Of a stretch of DNA of 45,864 nt, positions 35,376-43,943 are shown piece by piece. The translations under genes and the position numbers were made by a program. The DNA is from a virus, in IMG/VR virus record IMGVR_UViG_3300037483_000175. One strand, written 5' to 3'. Position 1 is the first letter of the stretch; every line of letters starts with the position of its first letter. The notes under the pieces were generated by a model. The model worked only from the letters and a program-made list of their open reading frames with translations, was not told the DNA's origin and did not search any database.

Positions 35376-37322
35376 ATGCTGCAGTACGATACTCCAATTG
35401 AACAGTTGAGCCTAGGCCCGGTTATAATAGCCGCCCTACGCAAAGCTAAGTTGCGCACAGTAGGCGATGTCCTAGAGAAGATCCCGCATCACTACTACCT
35501 ACCAGAAATTACGCCGATTGCGGAAGCTAAAAGCGGGCGGCACTACATCATGGGTGGGGCTGTAGAATCCGTGCAGAACCTATCGAACGCGCGCGGTACA
35601 CGGCGGCTGTTTGAAGCGCGGGTAGCTGATCTCTCTGGAAGAATCACCTGCAAATGGTTCGGGCGGATGCGGTCGCCCGTTCGGCGCGGCCAGGAGCTTC
35701 TATTGTGGGGAAAAGTGTATAACGGCTGTCTATCCCAGCCAGAGTTTGTTACCTATGATACCAGGCAGGCGGTTAAGTTTCCATGGACGGTTGCGGGCGG
35801 GAACTACGGAGTACACAACGCCGCCGTACGGGCCGCTCTTGTCGAGATATTCTCAGACATAGCTTTTATGGAGCGTAGCGAGTGGGCCAGGTTCAGCTAT
35901 TGGCTACATAGGCCGCAGACTCACGATGATTATAGCATGGCTATGCAGGAGCTAAAGCGTAGGGAGCTATATCTGCTCCAAGTAGCCAAAAAGCTCCAAC
36001 GGCGGGCCGCAACTCGTGAGCATTCGATAATGGTGTACCCGCTGGGTGTACCGGAATCGGCTATAGCGGAGCGATTTTTCCCGTTTCCGTTTACGCCCGA
36101 TCAGCAACTAGCGTGCACCCAGATAAACGCGGACCTGGAATCGCGCCGCTCCATGAACCGGTTGTTGCATGGCGAGGTCGCGTCGGGCAAGTCCGCAGTC
36201 GCATACTGGGCGGCGCTTCGGTTGTTCCGGTCAAGCCGCCGCACGCTCATTGTATGCCCCACGACTATACTCTCACAGCAGCACTACGATAACCTACTAA
36301 ACCTCGTCTCGTCGTCCCAGGTGTACTACTATAGAGCCGGCGGCTCGTACCTGGGCGGCGAGCGAATTATAGTAGGTACGCATGCAGTTATAAACAAACC
36401 GGCCCTGGTAAAGTCGGCAACCCTTATCGTGATTGACGAACAGCAGAAGTTCGGAGTGGCCCAGCGGGCCAGGATACGGCAGTATGGTTCGCCGAACATG
36501 CTGTATATGTCGGCAACACCTATCCCTCGAACGCTCGCTATGACGGTGTTTGGGGATTTGGACGTATCGACGATAAAGCAGATACCGGGATCGCGTGGTG
36601 AGGTAAAGACGAAATGGGTGCTTCATGACGAATACCAGCAAGTAATTGACCGGCTGCACAGCACTACCAATAACGGGGAACAAGCCTACATTGTTTACCC
36701 GCGTATAAAAACGAATAAAGAGGACCTGGATGGGGCAAAAGCGGGATTCGTAAAAGCGGCGTCCGAGTTCAACGGGCCTAAGTGTCATGTAGGCATGCTG
36801 ACCGGATGCATGTCGGACGAGGAAAAGCGAATCACCATGCGGCTGTTTAATGAAGGGTATTTCTCCATCCTGGTATCAACCGTGATTGCAGAAGTGGGGC
36901 TAGATAATCCGAATGCTACGACCATGGTAGTGATGGGGGCGGATAGGTTCGGGCTAAGCCAGTTGCACCAGTTACGCGGGCGAATCAGTCGCTCAGCCAA
37001 GGATGCGGTTTGCTATCTCGTGGCCGATACAGCAAATGAGAAATCAGTAGCCAGGCTTCGCGTGATGGAAGAATGCCGCGATGGGTTCGAGTTGGCCGAA
37101 CAGGACCTTCGACTGCGGGGACCAGGCGATATGTTCTCTCCCAAGCAGCACGGGTTGCCGCCGTTTAAATTCGCGGATCTAGCCACGGACTATAAACTGT
37201 TTCAGGAAACTACTGCCCTGGCCGACGCGGCGGTAAAGAACCTGGACGCCCCCGAGTACGAAGAGACGCGCGAGATGCTGCGCATAAAATACCCGAAACT
37301 GAATTTAGCAGGAGTAGCTTAA
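35376..37322 (+). CDS. recG: RecG-like SF2 DNA helicase (branch-migration type)
   Basis: FPFPFTPDQQLACTQI, GEVASGKS (motif I), VIDEQQKFGVAQR (motif II), MSATPIPRTLA and QLRGRISRS. ATG at 35376 behind aaaggga. Confidence 0.8.
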   Translation: MLQYDTPIEQLSLGPVIIAALRKAKLRTVGDVLEKIPHHYYLPEITPIAEAKSGRHYIMGGAVESVQNLSNARGTRRLFEARVADLSGRITCKWFGRMRSPVRRGQELLLWGKVYNGCLSQPEFVTYDTRQAVKFPWTVAGGNYGVHNAAVRAALVEIFSDIAFMERSEWARFSYWLHRPQTHDDYSMAMQELKRRELYLLQVAKKLQRRAATREHSIMVYPLGVPESAIAERFFPFPFTPDQQLACTQINADLESRRSMNRLLHGEVASGKSAVAYWAALRLFRSSRRTLIVCPTTILSQQHYDNLLNLVSSSQVYYYRAGGSYLGGERIIVGTHAVINKPALVKSATLIVIDEQQKFGVAQRARIRQYGSPNMLYMSATPIPRTLAMTVFGDLDVSTIKQIPGSRGEVKTKWVLHDEYQQVIDRLHSTTNNGEQAYIVYPRIKTNKEDLDGAKAGFVKAASEFNGPKCHVGMLTGCMSDEEKRITMRLFNEGYFSILVSTVIAEVGLDNPNATTMVVMGADRFGLSQLHQLRGRISRSAKDAVCYLVADTANEKSVARLRVMEECRDGFELAEQDLRLRGPGDMFSPKQHGLPPFKFADLATDYKLFQETTALADAAVKNLDAPEYEETREMLRIKYPKLNLAGVA

Positions 37323-37861
37323 TGGACGAAAATAGAGCACCCAAGGCGCATATAGCGTATCACCGTGGACTTGGAGCGTATGCGTGCGGAAACCCAGGGG
37401 ACGTCGTACGTGGGTACCGGTTAGTTAAATTGGGATGTGGAAGCCGATGGGACCCAGTAGGCGTGCACGAGTCTGTCGGAGTAGATAAAGCGGAAGCAGT
37501 AGGAAACAAGAGCGCAACCAGAGTCTTCGATACTGGGGCAACGAGAGATACAGTTGAAGGAAAGCTGTGTTATGCGAAAGCATTGTCGTTTCGGGTCCTT
37601 CGCAGGTATGTTGAGTACTTGGGAAGCCATCGGCAACTTCCCGATGGTTCGATACGGGACTGGGACGACTGGAAAAAGGGCATACCCCAAGAAGATTACA
37701 AGGATAGTATGCTACGCCACGCCTTTGACGCCAAACTTCTGAGCGACGGGGTGCCTGTGTCAGATAATCACGGCCCATGTAATATCGAGGACCTACTGTG
37801 CGCGGTGATGTTCAATGCTATGGGGTGGCTCCGCGAGATACTGATTAGAAAGCCGGATTAA
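37322..37861 (+). CDS. dATP/dGTP pyrophosphohydrolase-like protein (DUF5664-type domain)
   Basis: FDTGATRDTVEGKL.Y...LSFRVLRRYVEYLGSHRQLPDGSIRDWDDWKKGIP...YKDSMLRHAFD resembles that family as I recall it. Confidence 0.45.
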   Translation: MDENRAPKAHIAYHRGLGAYACGNPGDVVRGYRLVKLGCGSRWDPVGVHESVGVDKAEAVGNKSATRVFDTGATRDTVEGKLCYAKALSFRVLRRYVEYLGSHRQLPDGSIRDWDDWKKGIPQEDYKDSMLRHAFDAKLLSDGVPVSDNHGPCNIEDLLCAVMFNAMGWLREILIRKPD

Positions 37862-37890
37862 CCGCGAGTGTTACTTTTTAGGAGGCCGAA

Positions 37891-38301
37891 ATGGATATAA
37901 CTAAAGCAACAACTGAAGGGTTGTGGTACTTTGCCCATCCGTATACGCGAAAAGACGCGGAGGGAAGGTACGTACCTGCTGCCGAAGCGGCGAATTTTCA
38001 ATTAGCCTGTGTTAGGTCTGGGGAGCTTATACGGCGCGGGTTCAACATATATTCGCCTATCGCCCACACGCACCCAATTCACTGCGCTTGCCCGTCTTTG
38101 CTAGCGGCTAATGAGCACGAATTGTGGTATCATCTGGATAACGAAGTAATAGACGCGGTCCGCTGGAAAGGGGTAATACTAGCCCCAGAGTGGGAGACCT
38201 CAAATGGGTGCCGGGCAGAGCGGGACCGCATCTTGGCCCAGGGAGGTACCGTTATGCTGTATCAGACGGCCATAGAAAACTACCCAACATTAAGGATTTG
38301 A
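37891..38301 (+). CDS. DUF1937 / nucleoside 2-deoxyribosyltransferase-like protein
   Basis: YFAHPYT ... GFNIYSPIAHTHPI pattern. SD aggagg upstream. Confidence 0.45.
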   Translation: MDITKATTEGLWYFAHPYTRKDAEGRYVPAAEAANFQLACVRSGELIRRGFNIYSPIAHTHPIHCACPSLLAANEHELWYHLDNEVIDAVRWKGVILAPEWETSNGCRAERDRILAQGGTVMLYQTAIENYPTLRI

Positions 38302-38304
38302 CCT

Positions 38305-39486
38305 ATGGCACTACGAGAAGACCTAAATTATCTGTTCGAGTTCTGCGATACGCCGCGACAAAAAGAAATGCTGGCCGCCTATATCGAGACGGGTAGCTCT
38401 ATTAAAGCTGCCGATAAACTAGGAGGAACAAACGACGGAGCCATACGGCGCACTATTGGGAGGCTAAGGACGCGCGCTGCGGGAAAGACTCTATCCAAAC
38501 AGGGGGTCCCGGAGCTAAACCAACTACGGGCCGACCAAAAGCGAAATATGGCAGAAATTGAAGCCCTTCGTAAAGAGCTATCTTTCTTCACCGCTATGAC
38601 CGACTTTACTCGGCACTATCAGCCAGTGAAGATATGCCCCAAGGGGGCGAAACGCGGTTCCGCTACCGCCGTACTCAACGCATCCGACTGGCACTTCGAG
38701 GAGGAAGTAAAAGCGTCGGCGGTTAACGGCGTGAACGAGTTTAATCTTGACATAGCCAAGATGCGCGCCGTCGAGTTCTTCCGGTCGGGGGCCGGGCTAA
38801 TCGACATGTGCCGAAGCCGGTCCAATATCAGCACTGTCGTACTTAACCTTCTCGGCGATTTTATTACGGGATGGATTCACGAAGAGCTACAGGCGACAAA
38901 TCAGCTTACGCCGCCCGCTGCGGTGCTAGCGGTATTCGAGAGTCTGTCCAGCGGTATCGATTTCTTACTGAAAGAAGTGAAGCCGAAAGAACTTATCATT
39001 CCCTGCGCCGCAGGAAATCATGGCCGCTTCACGAAGCGGCGATACACGAAATTGAATGTAGAAACCAACTACGATTGGTTGATTTACCAGTTGCTCGCCC
39101 GGTGGTTCGACGCGAAGAACGAGAAGCGTATCCGGTTCTTGTTCCCGCAAGGGGACTTGATTTACTATACGGTGTATGATAAGGTTATCCGTGCCATGCA
39201 CGGCGACAGCGTGCAATACGGCGGCGGTATTGGCGGCGTTCACATACCGTTGCGTAAACATTTGGACCGGCAGAATACTACTATCCGGGCGGATTGGAAC
39301 TATCTCGGGCATTTCCATCAGGATATACGCGGGGAGGACTACCGTATAAACGGATCGCTAATAGGGTACAACGAGTACGCCGTACGTAAGGGCTTGCGGT
39401 TCGCCCCGCCGTCCCAGTCGTTCGAGTTGATCCACCCGAAGTACGGTAGCACCGCCCCGTTCCCGATCATACTGCCGACGAGGTAA
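38305..39486 (+). CDS. N-terminal HTH fused to a calcineurin-like metallophosphoesterase
   Basis: HTH-like LAAYIETGSSIKAADKLGGTNDGAIRRTIGRLR. Phosphoesterase motifs SDWH, GDFITG, GNHG, MHGD and GHFH appear in the expected order. Confidence 0.6.
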   Translation: MALREDLNYLFEFCDTPRQKEMLAAYIETGSSIKAADKLGGTNDGAIRRTIGRLRTRAAGKTLSKQGVPELNQLRADQKRNMAEIEALRKELSFFTAMTDFTRHYQPVKICPKGAKRGSATAVLNASDWHFEEEVKASAVNGVNEFNLDIAKMRAVEFFRSGAGLIDMCRSRSNISTVVLNLLGDFITGWIHEELQATNQLTPPAAVLAVFESLSSGIDFLLKEVKPKELIIPCAAGNHGRFTKRRYTKLNVETNYDWLIYQLLARWFDAKNEKRIRFLFPQGDLIYYTVYDKVIRAMHGDSVQYGGGIGGVHIPLRKHLDRQNTTIRADWNYLGHFHQDIRGEDYRINGSLIGYNEYAVRKGLRFAPPSQSFELIHPKYGSTAPFPIILPTR

Positions 39487-39487
39487 C

Positions 39488-39661
39488 ATGAGCCATAAAC
39501 CTGGACGAGCGCCAAGAGAAGGATGGAGCCGCCAGTTCGAGCAGGGATGGGCTCGTAGATGCGATTCGCGGCCATGCGAGTATAGACATGGACGCTGCAT
39601 ACACTGCGGAAAGGTAAACCATGCCAATCTTACAGCCAGCAACAACACCAATAATAGATAA
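39488..39661 (+). CDS. Possible 57-aa Cys-rich mini-protein (not in the ORF track)
   Basis: CDSRPC ... CIHCG. Overlaps the next ORF by 41 nt, so only one of the two may be real in the overlap. Confidence 0.3.
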   Translation: MSHKPGRAPREGWSRQFEQGWARRCDSRPCEYRHGRCIHCGKVNHANLTASNNTNNR

Positions 39662-39959
39662 AACTCTACGATCCGTACGAATCAGGTGCAAGAAATGTAC
39701 TAGGGCTCAGTGGTGCTTGCACGGAAGCCCCTGCCACCATGAAGGATTGTGTAGCCGATGCCTTCGCGATAAGCAAGCCGTGAATGCGGTGGGCGTCGGT
39801 ACAGGAGAGTCGCGATGGTTCAACCGAGAACCCACGCCGGCACTGCGCAGTTTTCACAACCTCCGCCTACTTCGTAATCAGCCGTGCATTTGCGGCTCCG
39901 GTATTAAGTACAAGAGGTGCTGCGGCCACCCAGTAACCGGCAAGCCAGTGAGGATCTAA
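39621..39959 (+). CDS. Cys-rich protein with a C-terminal SEC-C metal-binding motif
   Basis: QPCICGSGIKYKRCCG at the C-terminus, plus CKKC ... CSRC upstream. Confidence 0.55.
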   Translation: MPILQPATTPIIDKTLRSVRIRCKKCTRAQWCLHGSPCHHEGLCSRCLRDKQAVNAVGVGTGESRWFNREPTPALRSFHNLRLLRNQPCICGSGIKYKRCCGHPVTGKPVRI

Positions 39960-39960
39960 C

Positions 39961-40146
39961 ATGAGATTACTAAGCTGTGATGCGTGTGGAGTAATTCTCG
40001 ACGGAGATAAATTCAAGTTCCCGGAAATATGGGATTGCGACGGCGAATATGTTGAGGGTGCAAGCCAGTGGAGCGGCGAAGCGGGCAGGATGGTTCCTAT
40101 CGCCAAGTGCCCAGTGTGCGGGCACATATTAGAGGATCTAACATGA
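39961..40146 (+). CDS. Zinc-ribbon mini-protein
   Basis: CDACG ... CPVCG. Its stop overlaps the polymerase start (ATGA). Confidence 0.55.
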   Translation: MRLLSCDACGVILDGDKFKFPEIWDCDGEYVEGASQWSGEAGRMVPIAKCPVCGHILEDLT

Positions 40147-42953
40147 TCCCCGAATGTCTCGCCACACTGAAGCGGATAAACTACCCGACACGGGTAGTAT
40201 GTCTGGACTTCGAGAGCTATTTCGATAAGGACTACAGGCTATACGGAAAAGACGGCAAGGGACTTTCTACCATCGAGTATGTAACGGGCGAGCGGTTTGC
40301 GCTTACCGGACTAGGCATAGGCCGTCTGGGCAAGCGGGCGGCGTTCATTCCGCCCGATAGGATACCCGCCACGCTCCAGTGGTGCAAGGCGCACGACCGG
40401 GAGTATACATGGGTCGTGCACAACGGGCGATTTGACGTTACGATCTTGCAGGTTCACTTTGATTGGGTTCCTGCGTATACCCTCGATACACTCGATCTCG
40501 CCTCGCACTATGATTCGCGCATGAGCCACAGCGTAAAAGACCTAGCTGACTACTTCAACCTTCCGATTAAAAAAGGCGACACGCAACAGTTCAAGGGGCT
40601 CCATTGGGGCGAGATGAACGCCGACGCGCGGGCAAAATTCGCGGAATATACGGCAGGCGACGTAGATATAGAACTCGCCTTGTTTGAAATACTGCTGCCT
40701 AAGTTATCAGATCCGGTAACAGAAGCCCGGCTCATGCGGCATAATCTCGATATATGGCTGCACCGTCCGGTCGCCATAAACAAGGAACTAGCAAAGGATC
40801 TCCAGCTAGCCATGCAGGTGAAGATCGATAACGCGATTGAAATGTCCGGGCTTACTGTTAAAGAGCTACGCAGCGCTAAATTTGTTGAGCGGCTGCAAGA
40901 AGTACTCCCGTCTGGAGAAAAACTGCCGCTTAAACCAGGTAAGAAAGGCATGATCCCGGCCCTCGCGAAAACGGATGCCGGCTGTCAGCAACTAGGCGCC
41001 CATCAAAAGAAAGAAGTGCGCGACCTAGTTGAGGCGAGACTTCTAGTTAAGTCATGGCCCACGCATATTAAGCGTATCGAACGTATTATCGCTCAGGCCG
41101 GCGCAAATGGCGGGCTACTGCGCGTACCCACTGGGTACTATTCGTGCCACACCGGTCGCAATGGGGGTAAGGAAAAGATAAATCTGCTCAATCTTGGCGG
41201 CAAGGGTACAGGCGGCATCAAGACCCACCCGCTTATCGCCCAGACGCGGAATATAATTTGCGCCTTACCTGATCACATCCTGGGGATTTGTGACTCGGCG
41301 CAGATTGAAGCGCGCCTACTGGCCTGGCTAGCCGGGTGCGGTACGCTGCTTCAGGGGTTCGCGGCCGGAGCGGATATTTACTCTGATTTCGTCTCGCCTA
41401 TATTCGGTACGCCTATTCGCAAACCGCGAGACACTGATCCTCCTGAGATAGCTAAGGATCTTGATATTAAACGTGGTTTCGGCAAGACGAGCATTCTAGG
41501 CTTTGGGTATGGTATGGGGGCGGACACGCAGTACAACAAGTGCCTGGCTAATCCCGAGTTGCGCCCGTTTTTTGACGCCGGTGTTTACGACAAGGGATTT
41601 GTGCGCGGCCTGGTAAGTGAGTACCGCCGCAGGTACCTAGAGATTCCTGCCCTGTGGAACCTACTCGAAGGTGCGTTTAGGCAATGTATTAGGTTCCAGC
41701 ATCTGGGGCCGGTTACTGTAAACGATAAACTAGTATTTGAAGGTAAGGAATCAGAAGTAACAATCGCGCTACCTAACGGGCGGAGACTGTACTACACAGG
41801 TTGCCGCATCGTTAACAATAAAATTAAGACCGATCACGGGTTCCTATGGGGGGGAAGTCTGTGCCTAGCCGGGTATACTAGGGTTCTAACAAATAACGGG
41901 ATTAAAAGGCTGGATACTATATCGTTGGCCGACCTAGTTTGGGATGGCCTATCGTGGGTGCGCCATTCAGGATTGAAGTATAAAGGGCGGAAGCCTGTGA
42001 TTGGGTTGAACGGCCTGGATATGACCGAGGACCACCAGGTGCTTACAGTGAAAGGATGGACTAATGCGAGTTCGGCATACGGATCTTCTTGGGCGGCGGT
42101 TCGGGAACCTAGTGGTTATAGAGAGCTTAGGGTCGAACGGGAAAAACTGGCAGTGGAAAGTTCGCTGTGCTTGCGGGAGAGAGTACACGCGACTCGGAAA
42201 AGACCTAACGCGAAAGCGCGGAACGAAAGAATGCGCGCAGTGTTCCCGGCGGCACAGCGGGGTGCCTACGCACGGCATGTCGCGTCACCCGGCTTACCAT
42301 GTGTGGCGGAGTATGAGAGACAGGTGCCGGCTATCCTCACACCAAGCGTGGAAAAACTACGGTGGGCGGGGTATAAAGGTGTGCAAGCGTTGGGAAAAGT
42401 TCGAGAACTTTTGGGTCGATATGGGGCCGAGCTACGAACGCGGGCTAACTTTGGATCGAATAAACAACAACGGAAACTATACACCAACAAATTGCCGGTG
42501 GGCAACGCGCAAGGAGCAGGCGCTAAACAAGCGTACCTCGTTGGGTATAGACCTGGCGACGCTAGCCAAAAACACAGGGATCCCTCGATCAACGCTATAC
42601 TACCGACTCGTGGGCGGGAAGCCGTTACTTCCGTCTGGGACCTAACCAACTGTGGCCCTCGCCGTCGCTTTACAGTACTCGATGAAGCAGGCGAATTGCG
42701 GCTTGTGCACAACTGTGAGAATATATGCCAGAGCGTCTGTAGGGATTTACTAGCGTACTGGGTGCTCCGCTGCGAAGACGAGGGCATAAAAGTTATCCTG
42801 ACCGTGTACGACGAAATCGTTACAATGCTTGAAAAGCCGCAAGCGGAAAAGAAATTCGCCCGGCTTCAAGAGATCATGCTCGAAGTTCCCGATTGGGCCG
42901 AAGGGCTGCCGGTCGATGCCGAAGGCCAACTAAGCGAGTTTTATTGTAAATAG
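40143..42953 (+). CDS. polA: Family A DNA polymerase with 3'-5' exonuclease domain, interrupted by a 284-codon intein
   Basis: Exo motifs VCLDFES, HNGRFDV and YTAGDVD. Pol motif A ICDSAQIEARLLAW, motif B KRGFGKTSILGFGYGMG and motif C LTVYDEI. ATG at 40143 behind gaggatctaac (the track start at 40068 overlaps the upstream gene). Confidence 0.85.
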   Translation: MIPECLATLKRINYPTRVVCLDFESYFDKDYRLYGKDGKGLSTIEYVTGERFALTGLGIGRLGKRAAFIPPDRIPATLQWCKAHDREYTWVVHNGRFDVTILQVHFDWVPAYTLDTLDLASHYDSRMSHSVKDLADYFNLPIKKGDTQQFKGLHWGEMNADARAKFAEYTAGDVDIELALFEILLPKLSDPVTEARLMRHNLDIWLHRPVAINKELAKDLQLAMQVKIDNAIEMSGLTVKELRSAKFVERLQEVLPSGEKLPLKPGKKGMIPALAKTDAGCQQLGAHQKKEVRDLVEARLLVKSWPTHIKRIERIIAQAGANGGLLRVPTGYYSCHTGRNGGKEKINLLNLGGKGTGGIKTHPLIAQTRNIICALPDHILGICDSAQIEARLLAWLAGCGTLLQGFAAGADIYSDFVSPIFGTPIRKPRDTDPPEIAKDLDIKRGFGKTSILGFGYGMGADTQYNKCLANPELRPFFDAGVYDKGFVRGLVSEYRRRYLEIPALWNLLEGAFRQCIRFQHLGPVTVNDKLVFEGKESEVTIALPNGRRLYYTGCRIVNNKIKTDHGFLWGGSLCLAGYTRVLTNNGIKRLDTISLADLVWDGLSWVRHSGLKYKGRKPVIGLNGLDMTEDHQVLTVKGWTNASSAYGSSWAAVREPSGYRELRVEREKLAVESSLCLRERVHATRKRPNAKARNERMRAVFPAAQRGAYARHVASPGLPCVAEYERQVPAILTPSVEKLRWAGYKGVQALGKVRELLGRYGAELRTRANFGSNKQQRKLYTNKLPVGNAQGAGAKQAYLVGYRPGDASQKHRDPSINAILPTRGREAVTSVWDLTNCGPRRRFTVLDEAGELRLVHNCENICQSVCRDLLAYWVLRCEDEGIKVILTVYDEIVTMLEKPQAEKKFARLQEIMLEVPDWAEGLPVDAEGQLSEFYCK
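41862..42713 (+). mobile_element. Intein (Hint domain split around an out-of-frame endonuclease gene)
   Basis: N-terminal CLAGYTRVLT (block A) and LDMTEDHQVLTVKGW (block B). C-terminal VWDLTNCGPRRRFTV ... LRLVHN followed by Cys+1. The exteins rejoin to GGSL-CENICQSVCRD, matching the conserved GGKL.EN..Q..ARD segment of family A polymerases. Confidence 0.75.
42064..42645 (+). CDS. Free-standing homing-endonuclease-like gene nested in the intein, read in the +1 frame relative to the polymerase
   Basis: Own SD aaagga 7 nt before the ATG, and own TAA. LLGRRFGNLVVIE, CACG ... CAQC, THGMSRHPAYHVWRSMRDRC, YGGRGIKVCKRWEKFENFWVDMG and LTLDRINNNGNYTPTNCRWATRKEQ. C-terminal HTH LAKNTGIPRSTLYYRL. Confidence 0.7.
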   Translation: MRVRHTDLLGRRFGNLVVIESLGSNGKNWQWKVRCACGREYTRLGKDLTRKRGTKECAQCSRRHSGVPTHGMSRHPAYHVWRSMRDRCRLSSHQAWKNYGGRGIKVCKRWEKFENFWVDMGPSYERGLTLDRINNNGNYTPTNCRWATRKEQALNKRTSLGIDLATLAKNTGIPRSTLYYRLVGGKPLLPSGT

Positions 42954-42962
42954 GGGCGAATT

Positions 42963-43484
42963 ATGCACGTAATGGTAGACTTAGAGACAATGGGTACTCG
43001 GTACAACGCGGCAATAATCGCTATCGGCGCAGTGTCGTTCGACATGGGCAGCGCTCGCGACGAGTTTTGCCGCACGGTTAGCCTAGCAAGTTCTTGTGAG
43101 GCGGGGCTATCTGTCGACGCGGGAACAATCATGTGGTGGATGCAGCAGAGTGAGGCGGCGAGATCGGCTATATGTAGGGGCGGCGTTGATTTGCGCACCG
43201 CGCTGCTCGATTTTAGTGGCTGGGCGAATGGGCAAAGACTAACTAGTATATGGGGGGACGGGGCGACGTTCGATAACGTGATACTAACCTCCGCGTACGC
43301 GGCTACCAGATTGCCCCGCCCTTGGTCGTATAGGCAGGATAGGTGCTACCGCACTTTACGGGCTATATATCCGGATGTGCCGCGCCCGCACAATCCCAGC
43401 GCCCATAATGCGCTGGCGGATGCGAGGTCGCAGGCGGAGCATTTGCTCGATATTTGCCGCGTACACGCCATAGAGCTTCTATGA
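42963..43484 (+). CDS. DEDDh-type 3'-5' exonuclease (DnaQ-like fold)
   Basis: VMVDLETMG, WGDGATFDNVIL and HNALADARSQ motifs. Confidence 0.7.
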   Translation: MHVMVDLETMGTRYNAAIIAIGAVSFDMGSARDEFCRTVSLASSCEAGLSVDAGTIMWWMQQSEAARSAICRGGVDLRTALLDFSGWANGQRLTSIWGDGATFDNVILTSAYAATRLPRPWSYRQDRCYRTLRAIYPDVPRPHNPSAHNALADARSQAEHLLDICRVHAIELL

Positions 43485-43942
43485 AACGACCGAGCTTCCA
43501 GCAACGGGCCGAGGGTATATTCGGCGTGTATAAGGCCGAACAAGCCGGGAAGCAGTTTGAGCCTGGCGCGAAGGACGGCTCAGTACCCACGCACCCTGTT
43601 GTACCGGGCGACGATCTACCAGAAGCAGAGGTACTAAAGCGGTGCCTAAAGTGGCTGCGGGCGAGGCAAATTGTAGCGGATCGCATGAATGTAGGGGCCG
43701 GGCACCTGGAAGGAACCGAGCGATTTCACACGTACGGGATACCGGGAGCCGGGGATATTATGGGGCTGCTGCCAAACGGAAAGCACTTCGAGATCGAATG
43801 TAAGGCGGGTAAAGGCGGCAGGCTTAGTAAAAAACAGCAAGAAAGACGAGAAAAGATATTGACCTCGAATGGCGAATATGTTATCGTGCATTCAACGAAC
43901 GAACTCGAATACTATTGGAAACGAATAACACAGGAGAACTAG
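43481..43942 (+). CDS. VRR-NUC domain nuclease
   Basis: GIPGAGDIMGLLPNGKHFEIECKAGKGGRLSKKQ (PD-(D/E)xK core with trailing Q). ATGA overlap start at 43481. Confidence 0.65.
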   Translation: MKRPSFQQRAEGIFGVYKAEQAGKQFEPGAKDGSVPTHPVVPGDDLPEAEVLKRCLKWLRARQIVADRMNVGAGHLEGTERFHTYGIPGAGDIMGLLPNGKHFEIECKAGKGGRLSKKQQERREKILTSNGEYVIVHSTNELEYYWKRITQEN

Positions 43943-43943
43943 C

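Noticed and set aside
40068-40142. 25-codon N-terminal extension of the polymerase given by the ORF track. The same type of extension occurs at 35220 (RecG-like), 43454, 31750, 27928-28116, 14180-14215, 15366-15461 and 16550-16579.
   Set aside because: The extensions overlap the upstream gene out of frame and lack an SD. Internal ATGs with an SD sit exactly at the upstream stop codon.
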